Assembly: GCA_047947115.1 (NCBI GenBank)
Contig: CP170459.1
Coordinates: 4,864,001 to 4,928,000, forward strand
Reading direction: 5' to 3'
Origin: Verrucomicrobiota bacterium
GTDB taxonomy: Bacteria; Verrucomicrobiota; Verrucomicrobiia; Limisphaerales; AAA164-E04
DNA: 64,000 nt
The position numbers were made by a program, and so were the translations under genes. The notes beneath the pieces were generated by a model. It made no database searches. It saw only the letters and a list, made by a program, of their open reading frames with translations, and was not told the DNA's origin. Below, piece by piece: positions 1-8,719 of the stretch (within the stretch, counting starts at the first letter, position 1; each line of letters opens with the position of its first letter).

Positions 1-115
1 GAAGCTTTGAGTGGTTATGACGTTTTCGATGGTTGCTTGTTTTTATCGCAAAGACGCAAAGACGCGGAGGCGCAAAGTTTTTTTTGAGGCAAATCGCGTA
101 GGGGGTTGGATGGTG
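1..115 (-). repeat. Dispersed ~110-bp repeat, copy 1 (inverted relative to the copy at ~5130-5240); may extend beyond the window edge
   Basis: Reverse complement of 1-88 (cctcaaaaaaaaactttgcgcctccgcgtctttgcgtctttgcgataaaaacaagcaaccatcgaaaacgtcataaccactcaaagcttc) aligns closely with 5151-5240; weaker similarity continues to ~115/5130. Confidence 0.85.
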
Positions 116-225
116 TGGGCTTCCCGAAATGAAGGTGGATGTTCAGGGGTGCTGTGAGAGGGCGTACCGGGACGTCCCGTGGCTACCCGGGGGAAGCGCA
201 TGGTTTATCTGATGTCCTGCTTTGT

Positions 226-1740
226 TCATTTCTTGCGGGATAGAAGTTCCTTTTTCTTTTCCCAAGAAACCGAACGATCAAACACGGTTCCGAAGGGTTG
301 GTAGTTATTGAAGGGAACTGCTTTGTCGCGCCAGTTTTGCAGTTCAATGTCGTAGTGATGACGCATGATGACCAGTCCGGGGTGTTCGGATGGTTGTTGC
401 AGCAGGTTTCTCATTTCGTAGGGATCGAACTGGATATCGAACAGTTCTTCCTGAGGTTCCATGCCTTCTCCGTAACACCAGTAAATGTATTTGTATTGTT
501 CAGTCACAACACTCAACGCATAGGTACCGGCCGGACCCCATACCTGGATCAGGGGTAAAGTCTCGCGCACCGCCTTCTTTTCACCTCGAACGATGGGCAT
601 GAGACTTTGTGCGTCCAGATTGGACCGATCCCCTACTCCGGCCAGATCCATGATGGTGGCGGCGATGTCGATGTTGCCGCTGACGGCTGAAGTGCGCCGC
701 CCACGTTGAGCTTCGGGCACGCGTGGATCGTAGATCATCAAGGGCACGCGGGAACCTTCTTCATAGGGCAGCACTTTGCTGCCAAGTCCGTGGGAACCGT
801 TGAAGAATCCGTTGTCGGACGAGTAAATGATCACGGTATTATCGGCGATGCCCTGGGCTTCGAGTTCATCAAGAACCATGCCGACCGCCACGTCGATACC
901 GTAGATCTGTTGGTTGTAGATTCGCAACGCGGCCTGGTAGGTTTCTTCCGTGTGGTATCCCCATTCTTCGAACCTTGGATACTGCCGCCCCAGTTTATGT
1001 TGGGGGGCGAGGTGTTCTCCTGCTTCGCGTCCGTAATTCGGGAGTTTGCGAAAGGTGGTGTCTCGATAGATCTCATCAAAAGCAGGATCCGGCGTGGTGG
1101 GTCGATGGGGTGCTTTGAAAAACAGTGTCAGGTTGAAGGGTTGATCGGTTTTGACGGATTCACGGATGAAATCCACTCCCGCAGCGCCGTAAGCTCTGGA
1201 ACTGTGAGGATACCGGTCGGCATAGGGTGCGAGGTATTTGTTTTTGGAAGTGTCGTAACTGGTCTGCCCGATGCCGCCCACCCAGAAATCAAAATCATCG
1301 ACCGGCAGGTTGTCGTAAGTATTCTCCCCTCCTCCCTTGCGCGGATCATCCACCACACCGAATCCAAACTTGCCGCCAAAGGCGGTGCGGTATCCGGCGC
1401 GCCGCAGTCGCAGCGGATAGGATTCGTTCCAGATGGAACGCGCCATGGGACCGTGCATGAAATTGCACCCGGTCCGGTACTCGAGCAGTCCGGTCATCAC
1501 ATTGGCGCGGCTGGCCATGCAGATGGCGGTGGTGTTGTAGTGTCGATCAAAGATCAATCCGGAACGTCCGATGCGATCCATGTTGGGCGTTTTGACGTCC
1601 GGATTTCCATAGCAACCTATCGTGTCATAAGCCTGATCGTCCGCAAAAAAGAAGATAATGTTCGGGCGTTCACCCGCGTGGGCCAAGAGCATGGCACCCG
1701 TCAACCAGCAAAGGGATAATTTCAACCATGTGATTTTCAT
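226..1740 (-). CDS. Formylglycine-dependent (S1) sulfatase, secreted
   Basis: Signal peptide; RPNIIFFFADD; active-site CMASRANVMTG (CxAxR variant); GYRTAFGGKF; SSDNG; YEEGSRVPL; ELFD..DPYEM. Confidence 0.93.
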   Translation of the reverse strand: MKITWLKLSLCWLTGAMLLAHAGERPNIIFFFADDQAYDTIGCYGNPDVKTPNMDRIGRSGLIFDRHYNTTAICMASRANVMTGLLEYRTGCNFMHGPMARSIWNESYPLRLRRAGYRTAFGGKFGFGVVDDPRKGGGENTYDNLPVDDFDFWVGGIGQTSYDTSKNKYLAPYADRYPHSSRAYGAAGVDFIRESVKTDQPFNLTLFFKAPHRPTTPDPAFDEIYRDTTFRKLPNYGREAGEHLAPQHKLGRQYPRFEEWGYHTEETYQAALRIYNQQIYGIDVAVGMVLDELEAQGIADNTVIIYSSDNGFFNGSHGLGSKVLPYEEGSRVPLMIYDPRVPEAQRGRRTSAVSGNIDIAATIMDLAGVGDRSNLDAQSLMPIVRGEKKAVRETLPLIQVWGPAGTYALSVVTEQYKYIYWCYGEGMEPQEELFDIQFDPYEMRNLLQQPSEHPGLVIMRHHYDIELQNWRDKAVPFNNYQPFGTVFDRSVSWEKKKELLSRKK

Positions 1741-1752
1741 GATGTCCTGTTG

Positions 1753-3726
1753 TTAACGGTCCAGGTAGTAAAACCGGCCATCCTCGGCCCCCACCAACAA
1801 TTCACGTACACCGTCCTTGTCCCAATCCACGGTGGTGGGACTGGTGGTGTGTCCGGCGAGTTGTTGTTTGGACAGCGGGCCCATGTTTTCGAAGTGGACT
1901 TTACCATGCTTCATGCCGGTGTTTCGCAGCCAGTCCACATTGGTGGAGTTGACGAGCAGGTCCAGTCGGCCATCATTGTCCCAATCCACCACACACAACT
2001 TGCGTCGCCCGCTGCCGCCATTCGTTCGGTTGTTCAATTGCAGGCTGGATGCATCCTCGCCTTGCTGCTTGTTTTTCGAATCAAAGAAGCCTCCACTGAA
2101 GATGCGTTTGCCGGGCATCACGTAGAGTTGGTTTCCTTCTTTGCGACGTTCGAAAAGCGCCAGGTGCCCTTCGTGATCGAGCATCAGCAGGTCGTTCCAG
2201 CCATCCTCATTCCAGTCCACAACCACGGGGGTGGTCCGCCATTGGGTGACCAGTTCGCCATGGCGCGGGGTCCACCAGGTCCAGGCGGGTTTGGGGGGAT
2301 TGTCCGGCCATTCCACGAGAACCGGCATGGCCTCGGCAAGCTCCGGTTCGGTTTTGCTGCCGATGTTGGGATACCACAGCACCTTGCCCCAAATGGAATT
2401 CACAATGAGGTCATGACGTCCGTCATGATTCCAATCCGCAACGGTCAATGTGGTGTATCCCCATTTGGCTTCGGCGGGGCCCTGAATGGATCCGTTGCGC
2501 CCTGCTTGCAGGTGGATGACGCGGTCGTTTGCTTTCAGTAGTTTGGGAAGTGCCCATTTCGGCGGGGAACCACCGTCCAAATTCTCGATCCAGGCTATGT
2601 TCCCTGATGTGTTGCCACAGATGAGGTCTTCGTCGCCGTCGGAATCCCAGTCAAAACTAACCGGCGTGACCAGGGCTCCGAATTTCAGGTCCTTTGCTTC
2701 CTGTTGGAAATACACCGGATGTTGAAACAAGGGCACGCCGTCCATCATCCCTCCGGTATTTTCAATGAATGCCACGCGACCGTCTTCATCGCCACAGATC
2801 AAATCCACATCCCCGTCCTGATCCCAATCAATGGCACTCGGAGTGATCATTTGAACGTGCATGCGAATTTTGTCCCCTCCATGCTTGAGGTAGGCGCCTT
2901 TGACGAACCGAGGTTCTTTGCGGGTGCCCACATTTTCAAAGAAAGTGAATCCATCCAGAAATTCAGCACAGATGAGGTCCAGATCGCCATCCAGATCAAA
3001 GTCGGCCATGTTGGGCATCGGGTTTCCGTAGACATCCAGATCCGCGCCATCGGCCTGAACACGGAAGGGTTCCTTGTATGCAGGTTCGTCATCGGTGCCG
3101 GTGTTGAGGAGAATGTAAACGTAGCCGTGCAGTTTGCCGCGTTTCCAGTTGCCTTTATCGTCGTAGCCATCGTCCCATCCGAAATCGTTCCAGTCATCGG
3201 TGCCAACCATGAGGTCCTGCAATCCGTCTCCGTTATAGTCGAGGAAACTCCAGACATTGAATCGGTCCTTTCCTTCGTTGCCCATCATTTTTTCGACAGG
3301 GTGCACGATGCGTGTCTCGTTCAGATCCCCCTTCAACAAGCCAACCAGTTCTTCGTTGGCGACCAGGACGCGTGGTTTTCCATTGACGTGGGATACCTGG
3401 AGGTTTTTCACGCCTTTACCGATGCGCACGCCGGGTTTGAACAAGGGTTGTGCGACGTTGCCCACGATGTTCTCGAAGAAGAAAGTACCGTTGTGTGGCA
3501 TGTCCGGACAGGAAACAATCAGGTCAAAATCACCGTCCTGATCATAATCAAGCGGAACAGGCCAGGCCCAGAGTCCAACCCCAAGATCCGCCTTAAGGCC
3601 GGGGTGGTTGTATTGGACGATGTCAAACGCGCGTGCGAGTGGCATCATCAGTCCCAATGCCAGCCACAAGCAAACAATACGTGGAATCAATGGAATTACT
3701 TTCATGGTATGCATGGAATCATGCAC
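1753..3726 (-). CDS. Secreted FG-GAP/VCBS repeat (beta-propeller) protein; true start may be 3705
   Basis: Many DxDxDGxxDL Ca-binding repeats (DYDQDGDFDL, DFDLDGDLDL, DWDQDGDVDL, DWDSDGDEDL, DWDNDGRLDL); signal peptide; 12 bp upstream of the sulfatase. Confidence 0.9.
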   Translation of the reverse strand: MHDSMHTMKVIPLIPRIVCLWLALGLMMPLARAFDIVQYNHPGLKADLGVGLWAWPVPLDYDQDGDFDLIVSCPDMPHNGTFFFENIVGNVAQPLFKPGVRIGKGVKNLQVSHVNGKPRVLVANEELVGLLKGDLNETRIVHPVEKMMGNEGKDRFNVWSFLDYNGDGLQDLMVGTDDWNDFGWDDGYDDKGNWKRGKLHGYVYILLNTGTDDEPAYKEPFRVQADGADLDVYGNPMPNMADFDLDGDLDLICAEFLDGFTFFENVGTRKEPRFVKGAYLKHGGDKIRMHVQMITPSAIDWDQDGDVDLICGDEDGRVAFIENTGGMMDGVPLFQHPVYFQQEAKDLKFGALVTPVSFDWDSDGDEDLICGNTSGNIAWIENLDGGSPPKWALPKLLKANDRVIHLQAGRNGSIQGPAEAKWGYTTLTVADWNHDGRHDLIVNSIWGKVLWYPNIGSKTEPELAEAMPVLVEWPDNPPKPAWTWWTPRHGELVTQWRTTPVVVDWNEDGWNDLLMLDHEGHLALFERRKEGNQLYVMPGKRIFSGGFFDSKNKQQGEDASSLQLNNRTNGGSGRRKLCVVDWDNDGRLDLLVNSTNVDWLRNTGMKHGKVHFENMGPLSKQQLAGHTTSPTTVDWDKDGVRELLVGAEDGRFYYLDR

Positions 3727-3737
3727 TCACCTTACCT

Positions 3738-5134
3738 GGAGGGGCAAGCTCCGTCTTGCGCCCACTTCAGACCTTAGAGTTCTTGAACCACCACAGCGCT
3801 GCAATGGAAATGTCCTTGGTTTTCGGATAGTTCGGGCTTCCCGCGTTCCATGTTTTTGGGTCAGGGAAGTTGTCAGGAGGAAGTTTGGGTTCGAGGTGGC
3901 ACTCGACCCTCCGGTTCTCCGGTTATTTTGCAACGGAGGGGCAAGCGCCGTCTTGCGCCCACTTCAGATCTCAGAGTTCTTGAACCACCACAGCGCTGCA
4001 TTGGAAATGTCGTTGGCTTTCGGATAGTTCGGGCTTCCCGCGTTCCATGTTTTTTGGTCAGGGGAGTTGTCAGGAGGAAGTTTGGGTTCGAGGTGTCACT
4101 CGACCCTCCGGTTCTCCGGTTCTTTTGCAACGGAGGGGCAAGCGCCGTCTTGCGCCCACTTCAGACCTCAGAGCTCTTGAACCACCACAGCGCTGCATTG
4201 GAAATGTCGTTGGCTTTCGGATAGTTCGGGCTTCCCGCGTTCCATGTTTTTTGGTCAGGGGAGTTGTCAGGAGGAAGTTTGGGTTCGAGGTGGCACTCGA
4301 CCCTCCGGTTCTCCGGTTATTTTGCAACGGAGGGGCAAGCTCCGTCTTGCGCCCACTTCAGACCTTAGAGTTCTTGAACCACCACAGCGCTGCAATGGAA
4401 ATGTCCTTGGTTTTCGGATAGTTCGGGCTTCCCGCGTTCCATGTTTTTGGGTCAGGGAAGTTGTCAGGAGGAAGTTTGGGTTCGAGGTGGCACTCGACCC
4501 TCCGGTTCTCCGGTTATTTTGCAACGGAGGGGCAAGCGCCGTCTTGCGCCCACTTCAGACCTCAGAGTTCTTGAACCACCACAGCGCTGCATTGGAAATG
4601 TCGTTGGCTTTCGGATAGTTCGGGCTTCCCGCGTTCCATGTTTTTTGGTCAGGGGAGTTGTCAGGAGGAAGTTTGGGTTCGAGGTGGCACTCGACCCTCC
4701 GGTTCTCCGGTTATTTTGCAACGGAGGGGCAAGCGCCGTCTTGCGCCCACTTCAGATCTCAGAGTTCTTGAACCACCACAGCGCTGCATTGGAAATGTCG
4801 TTGGCTTTCGGATAGTTCGGGCTTCCCGCGTTCCATGTTTTTTGGTCAGGGGAGTTGTCAGGAGGAAGTTTGGGTTCGAGGTGTCACTCGACCCTCCGGT
4901 TCTCCGGTTCTTTTGCAACGGAGGGGCAAGCTCCGTCTTGCGCCCACTTCAGACCTCAGAGTTCTTGAACCACCACAGCGCTGCAATGGAAATGTCCTTG
5001 GTTTTCGGATAGTTCGGGCTTCCCGCGTTCCATGTTTTTTGGTCAGGGGAGTTGTCAGGAGGAAGTTTGGGTTCGAGGTGGCACTCGACCCTCCGGTTCT
5101 CCGGTTATTTTGCAACGGAGGGGCAAGCGCCGTC
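3738..5134. repeat. Tandem array of 7 full 197-bp units plus an 18-bp partial unit; each unit has two inverted GGAG-tagged palindromes (REP/BIME-like)
   Basis: ggaggggcaagc starts at 3738, 3935, 4132, 4329, 4526, 4723, 4920 and 5117 (period exactly 197); about 11 biallelic variable sites. Confidence 0.97.
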
Positions 5135-5240
5135 CAACTCGCTGTTATTTCTCTCAAGAAAACTTTGCGCCTCCGCGCCTTGGCTTCTTTGCGATAAAAA
5201 CGACCAGCCATCGAAAACGTCATGAACACCCAAAGGTTCG
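5130..5240 (+). repeat. Dispersed ~110-bp repeat, copy 2, abutting the right end of the 197-bp array
   Basis: Inverted match to window positions 1-115; contains ctttgcgcctccgcgccttggcttctttgcga. Confidence 0.85.
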
Positions 5241-5323
5241 TTACAACCTGCATTCAACGTAGACCAACGCATCACTGAAGTAGATTACTGGAGGTGGATC
5301 CGTATCCCTCAACCATTTGTTCT

Positions 5324-5356
5324 CGCCAAGGCGCAAAGAACGCCAAGGACGCAGAG
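5324..5356 (+). repeat. Short-period (8-9 bp) CGCMAAG-type repeat
   Basis: cgccaagg-cgcaaagaa-cgccaagga-cgcagag; same motif at 47-77 (+) and ~5163-5194 (-). Confidence 0.7.
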
Positions 5357-5520
5357 AATTTGTTTACCTTTGTGCTCTGTTTAGTAAATGGTTTGGTACA
5401 AGAATTTACATACCCGCAAGTTTTATACATCCCGAAGGATCAAGGTTATGCACGCCACTACGATTATCCTTTAATTTCGACAAGTATTGGATGCGTTGGC
5501 GGGCCATCCCGCGATTGCGG

Positions 5521-5626
5521 GTGCGGTTACTTTGTTCATCTGGTCTTCCACACTTTGGCAAGTGCGGCTACTTTGTTCTTCTGGTTTTCCACACTTTTGC
5601 AAGTGCGGCTACTTTGTTCATCTTGT
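5521..5626. repeat. 41-bp tandem repeat, about 2.6 copies
   Basis: gtgcgg(t/c)tactttgttc(a/t)tctggt(c/t)ttccacacttt(g/t)gcaa at 5521 and 5562; partial copy at 5603. Confidence 0.9.
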
Positions 5627-5653
5627 TCAAAGGTAAAAGCCGGGGCTCCCCGA

Positions 5654-7240
5654 TTATTTCCGGGTCCAGGCCAGCCAGCGTTTGAAAAGTCTGGCCACGA
5701 AGGGGGTAAGTCGGGTGCGGTTATAGAGGTCCCCCACTTTCCGGAAAGCATCGGCCTGGGTGGGGTATGGATGAATGGCATTGGCCACGGAACCCAGCCC
5801 GATCTTTTGGCTCATGGCCAGGGAAATGGCGCCAATCATATCACCAGCATGACTGGACACCACGGTAGCACCAAGGATCGTATCACTACCCTTTTTCACA
5901 TGCACCCGCACAAAACCCTCCGTTTCACCGTCAAGAATCGCTCGATCCACTCCCGACATGGGTTGAGTAAACGTATCGATGTCGATTCCCTGCTGATGCG
6001 CATCTTGAGGTGTCAAACCAATGTGGGCCAATTCAGGTGCCGTGTAGGTGGATCTGGGGATCAGCAATGAACTGTGCTTCATACTGCCTTTGAACAAAGC
6101 ATTGCGCACGACCGCGCGCGCCATGAAATCCGCTGCGTGGGTGAACTGGTGCGGCGAACAGATGTCGCCGGCTGCGAATATGTTTTTGTTGCTCGTTTGA
6201 AAGGTGTCACTGATCGTAACGCCTTGTTCATCGTAGGCCACACCTGCGTTCTCAAGCCCCAATCCTTCCACATTGGGTTTGCGTCCGGCAGCCACCAGGA
6301 GTTGGTCCACTTCCAGATCGTATCCCTGTTCGGGATGTTCATACTTCAGGATGACACTCCCCGATTCGGAAGATCGAACCGTGACATCGTGTGCCCCCCC
6401 GAACAAACGTATGCCATCATTTTCCAAGGATTGCTGTACAATGGCAGCGGCTTCACGGTCTTCGTTGGGCAACAGTCCTCTCTTGGACGTGATCAAGCTG
6501 ACTTCGGAACCGAACCGCGCAAATGCCTGAGCCATTTCCGCTCCGATGGGCCCCGCGCCCAACACGGCCAATCTTCGAGGAAGTTCAGTGAGGGAGAACA
6601 GAGTTTCGTTGGTCAGGTATGGGACTTGATCCAGTCCATCCAGGTCAGGAGTGGCCGCGCGTGCACCCGTGCAGATGACCGCCTTGGCGAAGCTCAGCCT
6701 CTGGCCATCCACTTCAATCGTGGTGTCATCCACGAAAGACGCTTGTCCCAGATAAACATCAATCCCCATGTCGCTGAAACGCTGAACGGAATCATGCGGA
6801 CTGATCCCGCTGCGCAGTTGGCGCATGCGGCGCATGACGGCTGCGAAATCAACCGTCACCGGAAGCACGACATCGTTGGACGGACCGGACGTTTTCTGCT
6901 TTTGCGATGGCTCTCCTATCGAACCGACATGCACCCCGAAGCATCCCGCACTATGCACATCAGCGGCCCTACGTGCAGCACTGAGGAGCGCTTTGGACGG
7001 AACACACCCGACATTCAGACAATCGCCACCCATCAGGGAACGTTCGATCAGAGCCACTTTCCCGCCCAGACCGGCGGCCACAGAAGCTGCGACCAGTCCG
7101 GCGGTCCCGGCGCCGATCACCACCAGATTGTATCTTCCGGACGGAACCGGATTGCGGTAATCCGTCGGATGGACCATGGATTGAAGCACACGATTGTGTT
7201 CGTCCATGGGTTGGAGGGCTTCAAATTCGGGTTGGTTCAT
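5654..7240 (-). CDS. FAD-dependent pyridine nucleotide-disulfide oxidoreductase (mercuric-reductase/LpdA-like, not true MerA)
   Basis: GAGTAG FAD motif; GGDCLNVGCVPSK redox disulfide; GAGPIGAE; AAGD; HPYPT; no C-terminal Cys-Cys. Confidence 0.9.
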   Translation of the reverse strand: MNQPEFEALQPMDEHNRVLQSMVHPTDYRNPVPSGRYNLVVIGAGTAGLVAASVAAGLGGKVALIERSLMGGDCLNVGCVPSKALLSAARRAADVHSAGCFGVHVGSIGEPSQKQKTSGPSNDVVLPVTVDFAAVMRRMRQLRSGISPHDSVQRFSDMGIDVYLGQASFVDDTTIEVDGQRLSFAKAVICTGARAATPDLDGLDQVPYLTNETLFSLTELPRRLAVLGAGPIGAEMAQAFARFGSEVSLITSKRGLLPNEDREAAAIVQQSLENDGIRLFGGAHDVTVRSSESGSVILKYEHPEQGYDLEVDQLLVAAGRKPNVEGLGLENAGVAYDEQGVTISDTFQTSNKNIFAAGDICSPHQFTHAADFMARAVVRNALFKGSMKHSSLLIPRSTYTAPELAHIGLTPQDAHQQGIDIDTFTQPMSGVDRAILDGETEGFVRVHVKKGSDTILGATVVSSHAGDMIGAISLAMSQKIGLGSVANAIHPYPTQADAFRKVGDLYNRTRLTPFVARLFKRWLAWTRK

Positions 7241-7995
7241 GGTGTGGGTCGATCGGATGTTAACTCTTTTGGTGAACTGAAGCGATTCATCACCTTTTTG
7301 ACCACAAGGGGAAACAAGCCCAGAATGACGAATGCCAGGATCAATTGAGGACTGAGAATGCCTTTGGCTCCTTTTTCAGCTAGCGCCTGCAAACTGGGAA
7401 ACTGCGAGCCAGCGTAAACATATACAGCGGTACCGGGCAGCATCCCCACCTGGCTCACCCACCAGAACGTCCGAACCGGCAATGGAGTCAATCCCATGAC
7501 CAGATTGATCACGAAAAAGGGCACCACGGGAATCAATCTCAAAGTGAACAAATAGAACGCGCCCTCGCGTTTCAAGGCATCGTTGAACCTCGTCAAGCGG
7601 TCTTGAAACTTCGACTGCACCCAGTCACGCAAGAGAAACCGGCTGATCAAAAAAGCGAGAGTCGCTCCGGCAGTCGAAGCGAAACTGACCACCACAAAAG
7701 CCCTTGCAAACCCAAAAAACCACCCCAGCACCAGAGTCATGATGGCCGCGCCAGGAAGTGAGAAACCTGTTGCCAGAGTGTAGCCGACAAATGCTCCCCC
7801 CAAAGCAAGCCCAATGTGAGCATCCCCCCAGGAACGAAGAGCCGCTTCGTGCTGCACCAAATGATTCAATTGAAGTAAATGACCATACCTGACAAACAAC
7901 ACGACACCACCACCCATCAATCCCAAAACCAAAAGGATACGTTTTGCTGCCGTATAATTGTTTGCGCCATGCTTTATGTGCTTATCGTGTGCCAT
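7237..7995 (-). CDS. TVP38/TMEM64 (DedA/VTT, SNARE-associated) membrane protein
   Basis: SLPGA..TLxxGxxFG; LRLIPVVPFFVINLxMGLT motif; 4-bp overlap with the oxidoreductase, a commonly paired gene. Confidence 0.9.
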   Translation of the reverse strand: MAHDKHIKHGANNYTAAKRILLVLGLMGGGVVLFVRYGHLLQLNHLVQHEAALRSWGDAHIGLALGGAFVGYTLATGFSLPGAAIMTLVLGWFFGFARAFVVVSFASTAGATLAFLISRFLLRDWVQSKFQDRLTRFNDALKREGAFYLFTLRLIPVVPFFVINLVMGLTPLPVRTFWWVSQVGMLPGTAVYVYAGSQFPSLQALAEKGAKGILSPQLILAFVILGLFPLVVKKVMNRFSSPKELTSDRPTP

Positions 7996-8166
7996 CCGGA
8001 TTCACTTTTTCCCAGGATGCACGAAATCCCCATTTTGTGCCACAACGGAACGCATGATGCCAAAAACAACCAACGCCACACGATCAATTGCATTCACGGA
8101 ACAAGCACTCGATAGAATCCGCTGGCATGCTGTGGACTTAGCAGATGAGGACTTTCATGGGTAAGA

Positions 8167-8349
8167 TCACTCCAGGGACCTTCGGGTGAGAGGCCCATCA
8201 GGCAACTGAAGCGTGAATCGGATCACTTTCTCCAGTTCAGGATCCTTAATGGACACCTCTTGTCCCCGGCATGAAAGCCAAACAGACCAACTGAACAAAA
8301 CTGACAGGCATAAAACCGAGCGCGGAATGCTAAAACGTGATTGGATCAT
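8167..8349 (-). pseudogene. 5' remnant of a secreted leucine-rich-repeat (internalin-like) protein
   Basis: Signal peptide followed by VSIKDPELEKVIRFTLQLPDGPLT, typical of an LRR N-cap; stops before any LRR. Confidence 0.55.
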
Positions 8350-8719
8350 AACGTGTCTACTGCCTCCTTTCAGGTATCGATGACTTCCACCTTCACCCCT
8401 TCCCCTAAACCCTCATGTGAACTGCGTGCAAGCGCGAAACTAACCCAACAAATCAGGAATTCAAGATTATTAAATTCAGACACTTATTAAGAAACTATTC
8501 CAATTTTTACACTTCACTTTTGCAGGAAGAAACACTGAAAACACAGGAATCCGCAATCGCGCCCGACGACCACCTTTTCAGAAACGATGCACGATATGTC
8601 ACACCATCCTGACCAACATGTAAAAATCCCGCAGCCCGGAGCTGAGACGGTTGTCCAAAAACAACACGAGAAAATCCTTTTCTTCTGAACTCATAACCAC
8701 AAACTGATCGACATCATTT

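Noticed and set aside
3738..5134. CRISPR array interpretation
   Set aside because: Units are near-identical along their whole length, with no unique spacers and no cas genes
3608..5262. Series of 76-139 aa ORFs on both strands
   Set aside because: Products of the 197-bp periodicity (not a multiple of 3); no protein-like features
5521..5626. Mini-CRISPR interpretation of the 41-bp repeat
   Set aside because: Repeats are contiguous, with no spacers
5654..7240. merA / mercury resistance call
   Set aside because: No C-terminal Cys-Cys, no NmerA domain and no other mer genes
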